Source: Polyangiaceae bacterium | GTDB lineage: Bacteria > Myxococcota_A > Polyangia > Polyangiales > Polyangiaceae | DNA: 64,000 bases | NCBI GenBank assembly: GCA_020633205.1 | Contig: JACKEB010000014.1 | Coordinates: 331,392-395,391 of the forward strand | Reading direction: 5' to 3' | In this document: positions 31,522 through 41,645 of the stretch, one piece after another | Layout: each line of letters starts with the position of its first letter | Numbering within the stretch: position 1 is the stretch's first letter | Position numbers and translations under genes: made by a program | The notes under the pieces: model-generated | What the model saw: the letters and a program-made list of their open reading frames with translations, nothing else | What the model was told of the DNA's origin: nothing | The model's database searches: none

Positions 31522-33336
31522 CTACTCACGCACGTTCAGCTCGAGCTTCCAGCGCTCGTCCGGCTCGTTGGGCTCCAGCGGAACCGCTTCCAGAAGTAGC
31601 GTTCCGATGGCGGTGACGGATGCATTCAGGCGCACCGGCACGAGATCGCCCTCGAGGCGACCCTCTGCGGGAAGGGTAATTTCCACGGGGGCAAGCTCCT
31701 CGAGTTCTTCATCGGACCAGTCCTCGAGTTCCGCTCCGGGCGCATCTTCCCGCCGCACCGAGCTGCCAAAGAAGCGGAAGCGCACGGGCTCGCCCACGAC
31801 CACTGCCAGCTCCTGGGGCGGTAGCTCGGCGTCAGTGCCCTCTTCCATGCCGAAAGGTGCGACACACAGCGCGCTGATCGGCGGCTCCATGCCTGGCACT
31901 GCGGGGACCGGCGCCTCGATGCCGACGTAGTAGGCGCGCGCCGTTCCCCCGCGGATACGCAGGCCCTTGCCGCGCCGCACCTCGCCGTAGTACGCGGCGC
32001 CGCGCGCCACCGCGAGATCCAGATCGCTGCCGGGTAGCTCGGTGGGCGCGGGGGCGCCATCCGCGGTGACCCAAGCGGCCAGTGTCTCGAGCACGCGCTG
32101 CTTGACCAGCTCCGCCTTGAGCACGCCACCGTTGAACAGCACTCGCGTGGGGTGAAGCAACGTGCCCTTGATGGTGTCACCCTTGAGCTTGCTCGTGGCG
32201 CCAGCCTGGCGAGCCAGGAAGGCGGCGAGGTGCTTGGTGATTGCGGGGTCCGCGGCGTAGGGCAAGCCCACCTGCGTCAGGCCGACGCGGGCGCGGGTCG
32301 CGGGCTTTGCGTTGCCGGGCACCGCCGGGAAGAAGCCATCCACGATGACCGCGCGAACCTCCTCGCGCGTCAGCTCCGTCTTCAGCGAACCACCGAGCAA
32401 CTGGGAGCCTCGGCTGGGGACGACTACCGGCAGCTTGTCGAGTTGCTCGTCGCTCAGCAGTCGCTCTTTTGCCGCGCGGCAAGCGTGCGTGAGGGCGCCG
32501 AGCTGCCAGCGGTCCAGCTTCTTGCCGTCGCCCTCGAGCTTCACGCGCAAGGTGTGGGCAAGGGCGAGGTCCATGTTGTCGCCGCCGAGCAGGATGTGAT
32601 CGCCAACCGCGACGCGGTGGAGCTCGAGGTTACCGTCGCTCTCCAGAGCAACGATGGCGGAGAAGTCCGTGGTGCCGCCCCCGATGTCGACCACCAGGAT
32701 CACGTCGCCGACCTTCAGCTCCTTGCGCCAGTCGTCTCCCATCGCCTCGAGCCAGGCGTAGAGCGCAGCTTGAGGCTCCTCCAGCAAGCTGACGTTTTCG
32801 AAGCCCGCGGCGTAGGCCGCTTCGACCGTCAGATCGCGCGCTGCGGCGTCAAAAGAAGCGGGAACGGCGAGCACTACGTCTTGCTCGGCCAGGGCAGGGC
32901 GCTCCTCCCCAGCGTGCTGCCAGCTCTCCGCGAGGTGATCCAGATATTTCCACGCGGCTTCAACCGGGGAGATCTTTTCGATGTCCTCGGCGGCATTCAA
33001 CGGCAGCACCGCCGCACGCCGGTCGATGCCGGTGTGACTGAGCCAGCTCTTCGCGCTCGAGATCACGCGCCCAGGAGCTTCAGCGCCACGTTCCCTCGCT
33101 AGCTCACCGACGCAAAAGCTCCGCTCGTCATCCCACGGCAAGGCGAGGGCACCTTCGCTCTCGTGTGCGAAGTAGACGAAGCTCGGCAGCAGCGTGCGGC
33201 TCTCCACGCTGCCGCGCGTGACGAGCTGTGAGATGCCCTGGACGGCGGGTCCTTTGGCTTCGCCCTCGCTGTCTACGACGGCCAGGGCGCTGTGCGTCGT
33301 GCCGAGGTCGATGCCGACGACGAAGCGGCTCGTCAT
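31522..33336 (-). CDS. Atypical Hsp70-family ATPase (~605 aa)
   Basis: VGIDLGTTHS and DIGGGTTD motifs. ATG at 33336 overlaps the TGA of the upstream DUF2760 gene (ATGA). Confidence 0.9.
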   Translation of the reverse strand: MTSRFVVGIDLGTTHSALAVVDSEGEAKGPAVQGISQLVTRGSVESRTLLPSFVYFAHESEGALALPWDDERSFCVGELARERGAEAPGRVISSAKSWLSHTGIDRRAAVLPLNAAEDIEKISPVEAAWKYLDHLAESWQHAGEERPALAEQDVVLAVPASFDAAARDLTVEAAYAAGFENVSLLEEPQAALYAWLEAMGDDWRKELKVGDVILVVDIGGGTTDFSAIVALESDGNLELHRVAVGDHILLGGDNMDLALAHTLRVKLEGDGKKLDRWQLGALTHACRAAKERLLSDEQLDKLPVVVPSRGSQLLGGSLKTELTREEVRAVIVDGFFPAVPGNAKPATRARVGLTQVGLPYAADPAITKHLAAFLARQAGATSKLKGDTIKGTLLHPTRVLFNGGVLKAELVKQRVLETLAAWVTADGAPAPTELPGSDLDLAVARGAAYYGEVRRGKGLRIRGGTARAYYVGIEAPVPAVPGMEPPISALCVAPFGMEEGTDAELPPQELAVVVGEPVRFRFFGSSVRREDAPGAELEDWSDEELEELAPVEITLPAEGRLEGDLVPVRLNASVTAIGTLLLEAVPLEPNEPDERWKLELNVRE

Positions 33337-33980
33337 AGCTCGACTTCCGCCTGGGCCAGCACCTTCGGATCGTGCTCGGGGAGCAGCGCGGGTAGCTCCG
33401 CGCGAGTTGCCTTCCAACCCTTGTGGCGCAACGTGCCGCTGTACGGTGCCTTGCCGGAGACATTGCCGGTGAGCTTGACGGCCTTCGCGTCGTAGCCTTC
33501 TTCCAAGGTGACCTTCGCGCCTTCTTCTTCCGTGCGGATTGCTTCGAGATCGAGGTGCTTCTCCAGGCTCTGCTTGCAGCCGTCGTGGATCACGCGGGCG
33601 GCGCCGCCCACCTCTGCGTCGTCAAAGCTCGCGATGTCTTGCTGTAGGAAGTCGACGAAGCGACCTTCTTTCTGCAACAGGCCAAGCAGCCACAACGCGC
33701 CGTCGGCGCGCGCGTCGCCCGCAACGCTTGCCTCGCTCTTCAGCGCCTTGAGCTCCGCCTCGAGCTCGTGAATACGCCGCTCGTCCTTGCCGAGCTTGTT
33801 CTCCAGCTCGGCTTGGGTGTCGGCTTCGACCACCGCGTCTGGCAACGCCTTCGGTGGATGCAGGTTGTTGATGCGCTTGGCGTAGAACCCGTCGAAGAGG
33901 ATCTTGAAGAAGACGATGTACGCCAACCAAAACCGCGTGAAGAAGCCGAGGGGTGATTCGTTGGGATCCTGTTCGCTCAC
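33333..33980 (-). CDS. DUF2760-family protein
   Basis: N-terminal hydrophobic FFTRFWLAYIVFFKILF, a coiled-coil middle, and a C-terminal domain. GTG at 33980 gives ~215 aa. The track's TTG at 34082 is an alternative. Confidence 0.75.
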   Translation of the reverse strand: MSEQDPNESPLGFFTRFWLAYIVFFKILFDGFYAKRINNLHPPKALPDAVVEADTQAELENKLGKDERRIHELEAELKALKSEASVAGDARADGALWLLGLLQKEGRFVDFLQQDIASFDDAEVGGAARVIHDGCKQSLEKHLDLEAIRTEEEGAKVTLEEGYDAKAVKLTGNVSGKAPYSGTLRHKGWKATRAELPALLPEHDPKVLAQAEVEL

Positions 33981-34144
33981 GGCGGGAGTTCTGGCCCGAT
34001 CTCGCCCCGGATGGCCACACTTTTCGCGCGCATCGTGAACAGTCTCTCGGGCGGCGCCGCGGAGCGCCTTCTGGCGCGACAAACCGCGATTGTTGCGCCA
34101 AGCGTAGCTGCTAGGTGCCGCGTTTTCGCCTACGCTCGCGGGCG

Positions 34145-35287
34145 ATGGCTACGTCTCTCCGTGATGTCGTTCGCGTGTTGGAAGCGCTCGCGCCGACCCG
34201 CTTCGCCGAAGACTGGGACAACGTGGGTTTGTTGGTCGAGCCGCCGGACGTGCGAACCGTGAGTCAGGTGCTGTTCACCATCGACTTGACTGAGCCGGTC
34301 TTCGCCGAGGCGTTGTCTCTCGGCGCGGAGCTGATCGTCGCTTACCACCCGCCAATTTTTCGCGGTTTGAAGCGCCTGACTCAGCACACACCCCTCGAGC
34401 GCGTGGTCACTCAAGCGTTGTCCGAGGGCATCGCCATCTACTCGCCGCACACCGCCGTGGACGCCGCGCCGGGGGGTGTCAATGACTGGCTGTGCGACGT
34501 GCTCGGCGCCGGGGAGCAGCGCCCAATCCAGCAGACCCTCGAGCTGGATCCGGAGCAGGCGCTCAAGCTCGTCACGTTCATCCCCGCGGAGCACGCCGAC
34601 GCGCTGCGTTTGGCGCTTGGCAAGGCTGGGGCCGGGCGCATCGGCAACTACTTCGAGTGCGCATTTTCGAGTCCGGGGCACGGCAGCTTTCGACCTGGAG
34701 AAGGCGCGAATCCATACATCGGGACGGTCGGCGAGACGGAGAACGTCTCGGAGCTGCGGGTGGAGATGGTTTGCGCGCGGAAGCACCTGACGCTGGTCAG
34801 CGAGGCGCTGCGTCAGGCGCACCCCTATGAGGAGCCAGCCTGGGAGGTCTACGCTCTTGAGCCGCGCCCGCGAAAGGGCAGCGGAATGGGGCGTCTGCAT
34901 GAGCTGAGCAAGCCGGCGACGCTCGGTGAGCTCGTGAATCGGGTCAAGGTGGGCCTCGGCTTGGAACATATCCGCGTGGCAGCGTGCGAGGCCCATCGTG
35001 AAGGGCAGCCGATCACCCGGGCCGCAGTCTGTGCGGGCGCTGGAGGTAGCCTCTTCGAGAAGTTGCCGACCGCCGCGCGTGGCGGACCGGAGCTGCTGTT
35101 CACCGGGGAGATGCGCCATCACGACGTCCTGGCACGGGTCGCCACCGGCTCGAGCGTGATCCTCTGCGACCACACGAACACGGAGCGCGGCTACCTACCG
35201 CATTTGTCCCAGCGCGTGCGCGACGCCCTCCCGGAGCTGGAGCTCGTCGTCTCCCAGCGCGACCGGGATCCGCTGGAAATCGTCTGA
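34145..35287 (+). CDS. Nif3-like dinuclear metal centre protein (YbgI/GTP cyclohydrolase 1 type 2 family) with inserted PII-like domain
   Basis: AEDWDNVGL, AYHPPIF and YSPHTAVD at the N-terminus. CDHTNTERG at the C-terminus. Confidence 0.9.
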   Translation: MATSLRDVVRVLEALAPTRFAEDWDNVGLLVEPPDVRTVSQVLFTIDLTEPVFAEALSLGAELIVAYHPPIFRGLKRLTQHTPLERVVTQALSEGIAIYSPHTAVDAAPGGVNDWLCDVLGAGEQRPIQQTLELDPEQALKLVTFIPAEHADALRLALGKAGAGRIGNYFECAFSSPGHGSFRPGEGANPYIGTVGETENVSELRVEMVCARKHLTLVSEALRQAHPYEEPAWEVYALEPRPRKGSGMGRLHELSKPATLGELVNRVKVGLGLEHIRVAACEAHREGQPITRAAVCAGAGGSLFEKLPTAARGGPELLFTGEMRHHDVLARVATGSSVILCDHTNTERGYLPHLSQRVRDALPELELVVSQRDRDPLEIV

Positions 35288-35328
35288 GGCGCTTCGATGC
35301 TCTCGATCGCTCATCAGGGGGTGAGGTA

Positions 35329-35964
35329 GTGCCGCGCGGTAACGTAGTGCGCCTGATTGGCGGCGTGGTGCTGCTGGCTCTGGCAGGCTGCGCTCCAGGT
35401 GCAAACGCGGACCCCCAAACCACCGCAGCCAAAGCGGGGGGCGACGGCGACAACCATGGAGGCCCAACGCCTGCCCCCTCACCCCCGAAAAATGCGGAGG
35501 CCGCTGTGGTGAGCTGGGAGAGCGTGGACCCGAATGGTGCTGATGCAAAGACGCTGGCGCGTGCCGGGGCGGAGTGCAAACGCCGTTCTGAGGCGAGCAA
35601 GGCTGGCTCGCAGGAGTTGCTTGCCTGTGTCTGGCTTGGCTCCGCAAAGCTCGCGAACGGTGACCAGCGCGATGCCCTCGAACATTTCCGCGCGGCTTGT
35701 GAGGCGGGCGAGGCGCTCGGCTGTGTCGGAGAGGGAAACGTGTTGATGGAGGGGGGCGTCGCGGTCACCGGGAAAGGCGTGTTGCGTGAGCCCGAAGCGG
35801 CGGAAACGGCTTGGAAACGGGCGTGTGAACTCGGGGCTCGGAGTGGTTGCTGGCTCTTGGCGCAGACGCTCGAGCGTGGAAAGAAGTCAGACGCCGCCCG
35901 AGAGTATCGGGAAAAATCATGTGATCTCGGGGTGGTAGAAGCTTGCGGGGAGCCCTCCAAGTAG
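35329..35964 (+). CDS. Sel1/TPR-like repeat lipoprotein
   Basis: GTG start after gggggtgagg. Lipobox LALAGC. Repeated ...A...ACE.G...GC... units typical of Sel1-like repeats. Confidence 0.75.
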   Translation: MPRGNVVRLIGGVVLLALAGCAPGANADPQTTAAKAGGDGDNHGGPTPAPSPPKNAEAAVVSWESVDPNGADAKTLARAGAECKRRSEASKAGSQELLACVWLGSAKLANGDQRDALEHFRAACEAGEALGCVGEGNVLMEGGVAVTGKGVLREPEAAETAWKRACELGARSGCWLLAQTLERGKKSDAAREYREKSCDLGVVEACGEPSK

Positions 35965-36002
35965 AGCGACCCCGCGAGCTTGCGCGCGCGCACAGCGTGC
36001 AC

Positions 36003-36566
36003 ATGTTGGCGCGAATGTCTGACTCGAGCCCCGACAACAATCGCCCCGATGACGCCGAGAGCCCGCATGTGGAGCCAGAGGCCACGTCGGACACCACAGC
36101 CGACGACAACAACGCACGAGCTGATGCCGCGCCAGAGTCCAGCGCCGTCGATGACCTGACCCAGGGTCTAGGGCTCATGTTCCGTGCGGCAAAGAAGGCC
36201 GTGATGGGAATCGATCCGCAGAAGATCGAGACCATGGGGCGCGAAGCGGCTGCGCGGGCGACCCGTGAGGTGGAGCGGCTCGACAAGGATCGCGTGACCG
36301 AGTTGGGGAAGAAGGCTGCTGAGAACCTGCGCCCAGAGAAGATCGAAGCCTTCGCTGAAGATGCAGGCCGCGAACTCGTCAACGTCGTGGAACGAGTTGC
36401 AGATCGCGTGGAGCAAGTACTTGGCGTGCGTGAAACCGCCGCCGGCCAGACCAAGAGCAGTCCACCTCCTGGCGACGCCGCTGAAGGGAGCGCGGTCACG
36501 CAGGAGGCTAAGGAGGACAAGCCGACCGAAGCGGATCCTCCGCCGCGCGTTCGGGTCGACGACTGA
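36003..36566 (+). CDS. Hypothetical acidic protein
   Basis: ATG at 36003 or 36015. Low-complexity acidic ends and a helical middle. No family recognised. Confidence 0.55.
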   Translation: MLARMSDSSPDNNRPDDAESPHVEPEATSDTTADDNNARADAAPESSAVDDLTQGLGLMFRAAKKAVMGIDPQKIETMGREAAARATREVERLDKDRVTELGKKAAENLRPEKIEAFAEDAGRELVNVVERVADRVEQVLGVRETAAGQTKSSPPPGDAAEGSAVTQEAKEDKPTEADPPPRVRVDD

Positions 36567-36591
36567 CGTGCGTTTGCGTTAGCGTCAGCGG

Positions 36592-37002
36592 ATGCAGGGA
36601 TATCCAGGGGGAGGCTACGCGCCTCCGGGGCACGGCCAAGGCTTCGTGCCGCCACAGGGTGGGGGAGGCGTCGGCCGACTGCAGCTCTACACCAGCTTTT
36701 TTCCGCTGATGTGGTTTCTGTTCTTTGCAAAGCCGACGATCACTATCGATGGGCAGCCGCAGCAGCGGCCTTGGGGCACCACGTACTTCGATCTCCCTGA
36801 AGGCGTGCACTACGTCCAGGTTCACTTCGCCAATCTGTTTGGTCCCGGTGGCAAGGCGGAGCGGCAGTTCCAGATCTGGGCGGGGCACACCACCAAGCTG
36901 AGCTACTCGGCGCCGTTCTTGTTCGCGGCGCTCGCGGGCACGCTGACGGAGGGAGGCACTGAGGCGATGCATCAGCTGCCTCCTGGCCCCGGTCACTACT
37001 GA
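36592..37002 (+). CDS. Hypothetical membrane protein with Gly/Pro-rich N-terminus
   Basis: MQGYPGGGYAPPGHG... followed by TM segment FFPLMWFLFFA. No family recognised. Confidence 0.6.
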   Translation: MQGYPGGGYAPPGHGQGFVPPQGGGGVGRLQLYTSFFPLMWFLFFAKPTITIDGQPQQRPWGTTYFDLPEGVHYVQVHFANLFGPGGKAERQFQIWAGHTTKLSYSAPFLFAALAGTLTEGGTEAMHQLPPGPGHY

Positions 37003-37008
37003 TCGCGC

Positions 37009-38814
37009 CTACTTCGAGGCGGTCTTCTTCGCTGGCTCCTCAGGCTTCTTTTCGGCTGCGGCCGGCTTGAGGCCTTGAAGCGCCTCTTGGACCTCGGAGT
37101 TCGTCAGCGGATCTTTCGCTGCTTCCGCGACGAGGGTCTCGCCCTCTTTACCACCAACTCGCAACATCGCTTTCGCCACGGAAACGACTGCGGCGATGAT
37201 GTCATCGTCGGAGGCCGTGGCGCGGTAGAGCGCGAAGAAGATCTTCAGGTCACTGAACTGCTCGGCGCTGGCCAGGGTTTCGAGGGCCTTGGCCGCCCGC
37301 TTGATGTCGTCGGGGGTGTCCGACGGATCGTTCAGGTGATGCGCGAGCGGCCCGGCGGCGCGCTGCTCTTTCATCGCCGCGAGGGCGTCTGCGAGGGGGC
37401 CAACCGGCGGCGGCAGCAGGACGTCGTCCAGGAAGTCGTACTCGCGCTCGAGGGCCTTGAGCATGAAGTCAGCGCCGCTACGGCGCTCGGCGAGGAGCTT
37501 TCGCGAGTCTTCGTACAGCGCTGGCGGCGTGTCCGTGTTGCTCGCTAGATCGATCAGCACCTTGGTGACGCTGTCGTCCTGCATGCCTCCGAGCTTGGTC
37601 AAGAGGAAGCGCTGCGCTGGAACCATCTGCGGGTCCTTGGTGGCGATGACTTCGCCGAGCTGTTCGGCGAGGGTGCTCTCCGGGGAGTTGCTCGGGACCG
37701 TGAAGTCGCCGGCCTGTACCTCACAGCTCATCACAGGAGCGCCCAGGTTGAGCACTCCCGCCTTGGCGCCGCTCGCGCTGTCGACCAGCAAGACATCGCC
37801 CTTCGCCGTACAGAAGGCGAAGCCGCCCTTGGCCGCTGCTCCGCCCAGGATGTCGGAGTCGACGAGCTTTGCCCAACGCAGCTCACCATCCGAGGCGCCA
37901 AAGCCCATTGCCACGCGGAAGTACGTTGCGGCCATGCGGTCGTTCTCGAACTTGCCTTCGCCCGTGGGCTTCGCGATCAGGCGGATGCGATCGGGTGCAC
38001 TGGCGCTAGGGGAAAGTACCTCTGCACCGGGGGCGAACCAGCGTGGAGTGCCGGGCAGCTCGTGTTTTGGCAGCGCCGCTAGCGTGCCTCCGCCCCCAGC
38101 AGCTGCGCCAATCTTCGGGTCGAAGCGCAGCAGCTGAGACTCACCAAAGTACAGCTCTCCGCCGACGTTTTCTGCGTGGGTGACCTGCTGACGCATCAGG
38201 AGTCGCCCGCGCTCCGCGCCAGTCGTGACGTCGATGGCTGAGACGTATTGGTTGCCCCACGGAACGAAGGCGATGCCGCCGACGATGGCGGGCGTGCCGA
38301 TTTCAGGCTCTGGCTCAGCATCGAGGATCACGCTGCCGCCGCGCTTGACCACCACCAGGCGGCTTTGCCCGCCGTTCAGCGCGCCGAGAGAAGCCACGGT
38401 GTAGGTGCCGTCGTCGCCTGCGCCACGCAAGCTGCGCCCGCCCGACGAGATGGACCACAACTTTTGTCCCGTGCGAGCGTCGAGAGCGAACAGCTGGTTG
38501 TCTCCCGTGGCCACGACCACGTCTCCGCTTAGCTTCGGTCGTGCGTCTACGCTGCCGGTGTACTTCCAGCTCTTGCCGGCGAGAGTCGTCGCGACCAAGC
38601 CGCCCTTGACCACACCAACGGCGAGCCCGGTTCCCTTCGGAATCGAAGCCGATGCGAGCTCACGCTGGACGCTGCTGATCGACTGGCCGCCGTCGTTTTG
38701 CCAGGTGGTATCAAACGCACCAGACAAGGCGTTGGAGCCGCTACACGCCGCCAGCAATGCGGCGCCACACACGAGACTTGAGAACTTGCTCAGTTGCTTG
38801 ATTCGCGGGCTCAT
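37009..38814 (-). CDS. PQQ-like beta-propeller repeat lipoprotein with helical C-terminal region
   Basis: Lipobox LLAACSGS. Repeated ...G.V..ld..tG...W... blades. Its start overlaps the stop of the upstream HEAT-repeat gene (ATGA at 38811-38814). Confidence 0.8.
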   Translation of the reverse strand: MSPRIKQLSKFSSLVCGAALLAACSGSNALSGAFDTTWQNDGGQSISSVQRELASASIPKGTGLAVGVVKGGLVATTLAGKSWKYTGSVDARPKLSGDVVVATGDNQLFALDARTGQKLWSISSGGRSLRGAGDDGTYTVASLGALNGGQSRLVVVKRGGSVILDAEPEPEIGTPAIVGGIAFVPWGNQYVSAIDVTTGAERGRLLMRQQVTHAENVGGELYFGESQLLRFDPKIGAAAGGGGTLAALPKHELPGTPRWFAPGAEVLSPSASAPDRIRLIAKPTGEGKFENDRMAATYFRVAMGFGASDGELRWAKLVDSDILGGAAAKGGFAFCTAKGDVLLVDSASGAKAGVLNLGAPVMSCEVQAGDFTVPSNSPESTLAEQLGEVIATKDPQMVPAQRFLLTKLGGMQDDSVTKVLIDLASNTDTPPALYEDSRKLLAERRSGADFMLKALEREYDFLDDVLLPPPVGPLADALAAMKEQRAAGPLAHHLNDPSDTPDDIKRAAKALETLASAEQFSDLKIFFALYRATASDDDIIAAVVSVAKAMLRVGGKEGETLVAEAAKDPLTNSEVQEALQGLKPAAAEKKPEEPAKKTASK

Positions 38815-39698
38815 TCGTCATCCTCGTCGTCGTCGTCGTCGCTGCTCTTGCCCTTGCCTACGGCTTTCACCGCGGCATCCAGGGCGGCCTTCACACGCTT
38901 GCTCCAGTCCTTGGGCCAGCGCTCCGCGACGTCCGCCAGGTACTTGCCGGCTTCTGCAGTGCCCAGCTCCCGCAGCTTGCCGATGATGCCGATCTTCGCG
39001 TCGTCGCTCAGGCTCGCCGGCGGGCGGAACAACATCTGGTCCAGGCCAGACGTCATGATGTCGAAGGGCACTTTGCCAACGCGCTTGAGGAAGTCCTTGC
39101 AGCCGTCGGCTTCGCAGAGCTGTCCGATGGAGACAGCCGCCTCGCCCACTCGGTGATCGAACGCGGCGAACAAATCTGGCAGCGCCTCTTTCGCGCCCAG
39201 TGTGCCGAGCCCACCAGCGGCGGTGCCGCGCACGACTGGATCTCGGCTGCGCAGCCCCCGGCGCAGCGCTTTGACCGCATCGGGACCCTTGGTGTGGAGC
39301 AGCGCCTTCGCAGCCGCTTGGCGGACCGCCTTGTCGCGGTGCCGGACGTAGGGCGCGATGGCTGAGCTGGAGGAGGGGTCCTCTAGCTTGCTGGCGCTCT
39401 GAATCAGGGCCACCAGTAGAGAAGCGGTAGAGCCCTTCTTGAGCACCGTGTTCAGCGTCGGGACGATGGGTTTGGCGGCAGCGCCTGCCTCCTTGATCGT
39501 CTCGAGCGCCTTCTGAATCTCCTCGCTATTGCCGCTGAGGAGCTGCTTCTTGACCGCCTCCGTGTCGAACTTGGCTGGCGCGGCCGACGCTGGCTGGGCG
39601 GTGGTGAGCGCGAGCAGCGGCACTGCGGCGCCCAAGGTGAAGCGCAGCAGGACTGGCGCCACACGATTGGCGATGGAGATAGGACGTGTGTGCATCAT
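38811..39698 (-). CDS. HEAT-repeat secreted protein with poly-acidic C-terminus
   Basis: ATGATG at 39698 is preceded by gggggaag. Signal peptide ends ...AQPASAAPA. HEAT-like units (VRQAAAKALL, VRGTAAGGLG). The tail is SSDDDDDEDDE. Confidence 0.78.
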   Translation of the reverse strand: MMHTRPISIANRVAPVLLRFTLGAAVPLLALTTAQPASAAPAKFDTEAVKKQLLSGNSEEIQKALETIKEAGAAAKPIVPTLNTVLKKGSTASLLVALIQSASKLEDPSSSSAIAPYVRHRDKAVRQAAAKALLHTKGPDAVKALRRGLRSRDPVVRGTAAGGLGTLGAKEALPDLFAAFDHRVGEAAVSIGQLCEADGCKDFLKRVGKVPFDIMTSGLDQMLFRPPASLSDDAKIGIIGKLRELGTAEAGKYLADVAERWPKDWSKRVKAALDAAVKAVGKGKSSDDDDDEDDE

Positions 39699-39807
39699 GA
39701 CTTCCCCCTGTTCCGGCTCCTGACCAGCGGACGGAAAGGACCGGTATGCTCTATCGCAGCGAGGGAGTCGCGCAAAGCCCGAACAACCTCTACCCTTGGT
39801 GCACTGC

Positions 39808-40506
39808 ATGACCAAACCCATCGAAGAGGCCGGGGCTCTGGGGCAGCACATGCCGCGCATCGAGCTCGAGGTGAAGTCTGTCGATTCTGCCGCGCCGCCG
39901 GGTTTCCTGCGCTTGGTTCGTAGGCAACTGGTGGCTCGCTACCCGGACAGCTCGGAGAGTGCGGTGTTCGTCTACGACGAGGTGGATCGCAAAGCGCTGG
40001 ACGCGGTGGTGGTGGCGCCGCACTACGTGGCAGGCGGGATCCGTTACGTTTACCTGCGTAGCGCGCTTCGCCCACCGGTTGCCCTGCGAGATCCGAAGCG
40101 CTCTCCCATCGACGAGCCTCCCGAACGTGGCATGTGGGAGCTCGTTGCAGGATTGCTCGAAGAAGACGAGCAGGATGCCGCCGGGCTGACACGCTGCGCG
40201 GCTCGCGAGCTCCTGGAGGAGACTGGCTTCGACTACCCGGTGGAGTGCTTTCGCCAGCTGGGCCCCAGCACCTACCCGGCACCAGGGGTGATCGCTGAAC
40301 GTCACTTCTTTTTCCACGTGGAAGTGAAGCCTGCCGAGCGGGGGGAACCGACGCTCGATGGGTCCGCGCTCGAAGCGGGCGCCGCGATCATTCCGGTGCG
40401 TCTCACGACGGCCCTCGAAGCCTGCCGGGAAGGCTTGCTCGAGGACGCGAAGACAGAACTCGGGTTACGGCGCTTGGCGGAGCTCGAGCTCCTCGGCAAG
40501 CTGTAG
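39808..40506 (+). CDS. NUDIX hydrolase
   Basis: Nudix-box-like GLLEEDE...AARELLEETGF. ATG at 39808; the track's start at 39796 is a TTG. Confidence 0.82.
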   Translation: MTKPIEEAGALGQHMPRIELEVKSVDSAAPPGFLRLVRRQLVARYPDSSESAVFVYDEVDRKALDAVVVAPHYVAGGIRYVYLRSALRPPVALRDPKRSPIDEPPERGMWELVAGLLEEDEQDAAGLTRCAARELLEETGFDYPVECFRQLGPSTYPAPGVIAERHFFFHVEVKPAERGEPTLDGSALEAGAAIIPVRLTTALEACREGLLEDAKTELGLRRLAELELLGKL

Positions 40507-40515
40507 GGGTGACAC

Positions 40516-41421
40516 GTGAGGCCGCGAGTCATCGTCGTTGCGAAGCGCTCTGCGTACACTCACTACGTCGAGGAGCAGCGGGACCGCCGCGTCGGCGAGT
40601 TGGTGCAAAAGCAAGACCCGTCGGTGCGCCGTTGGCGCGCCGCACATCAGGCACACCAAAAGACGGTGAAAGCCGTCGAGCGGGAGCTCGAGCGGCTTGG
40701 GGCGAAGGCGCTGATCTTGCGCAAGTCTCACGCTGTCTTTGACGCTTCGAGCTGCGATTTGGTGGTCACCGTGGGTGGCGACGGCACACTGCTTGCGGCG
40801 TCTCATCACGTCTCGCGCGCGCCGATGCTGGCGGTCAACAGCTCACCCAAAGATAGCGTCGGATTTTTCTGTGCGGTAAATCGAGCCGGCTTGCGGGAGG
40901 CCCTCGAGAAGGCGCTGCTCGGCAAGCTGACCAGAGTGGAATTGGCACGCATGGAGGTCGAGGTAAACGGGAGCGTGCGTTCGCGCAGGGTGCTGAACGA
41001 GGCGCTGTGTTGTCACACGTCGCCAGCGCACACGTCGCGCTACATCGTGCGGTATGGGCGCATCAACGAGCAGCACCGCTCGAGCGGTTTCTGGATTGGC
41101 CCCCCGGCTGGGTCTACCGCCGCGCTGCGTTCTGCGGGTGGTCGTATCTTGCCACTCACCAGTCAGCAGCTCCAGTTCGTGGTCCGCGAACCGTATGTGC
41201 CAGCCGGTGAAGAGTATCGCTTGAGTCGGTTCCTTGCGGAACCGGGTCGGAGCGTGAAGGTGCAGATCAAGATGCATGACGCTGCGCTCTACTTGGACGG
41301 CCCTCATCTCGAGTACCGCCTGCGGCTCGGGGACCAGGTGGTGTTCCGGCTGAGCAAGGAGCCGCTGACCTTACTTGGGCTCAGCGGGCGTCGGCGGACC
41401 CGCGCAGCAGCCGCCGAGTAA
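40516..41421 (+). CDS. nadK: NAD kinase
   Basis: DLVVTVGGDGTLL and NE...H motifs. GTG start. Confidence 0.88.
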   Translation: MRPRVIVVAKRSAYTHYVEEQRDRRVGELVQKQDPSVRRWRAAHQAHQKTVKAVERELERLGAKALILRKSHAVFDASSCDLVVTVGGDGTLLAASHHVSRAPMLAVNSSPKDSVGFFCAVNRAGLREALEKALLGKLTRVELARMEVEVNGSVRSRRVLNEALCCHTSPAHTSRYIVRYGRINEQHRSSGFWIGPPAGSTAALRSAGGRILPLTSQQLQFVVREPYVPAGEEYRLSRFLAEPGRSVKVQIKMHDAALYLDGPHLEYRLRLGDQVVFRLSKEPLTLLGLSGRRRTRAAAAE

Positions 41422-41645
41422 GCTGAGCCTCGGTTGGGGAACGCCGGACCTCACCCCCAACCCCACTGGAATGAGCGTTACAGCGTCCAACGGGGGCGGA
41501 TCCGAGTGGGCCTGTCAAAGAAATGCACCCCCCCTACAAGGCCGAATTGTCGCTGAGTGCGGCAGGTTAGGCCTGAAGCTTGCTTATTGGCCCTCGGGCC
41601 GGTCTTGCGTTGGCGGACTTCCCGAATATGTTGAGCCCCCCCGCC

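Noticed and set aside
34130-35173. 347-aa ORF antisense to the Nif3-like gene
   Set aside because: The sense frame has conserved Nif3 motifs. The antisense ORF is an artefact.
35100-36730. Two ~320-aa minus-strand ORFs (35100-36068 and 35765-36730) across the Sel1-like and acidic-protein genes
   Set aside because: They are extremely Ser/Arg/Ala/Pro-rich low-complexity translations. The plus-strand frames have a lipobox and Sel1-like repeats.
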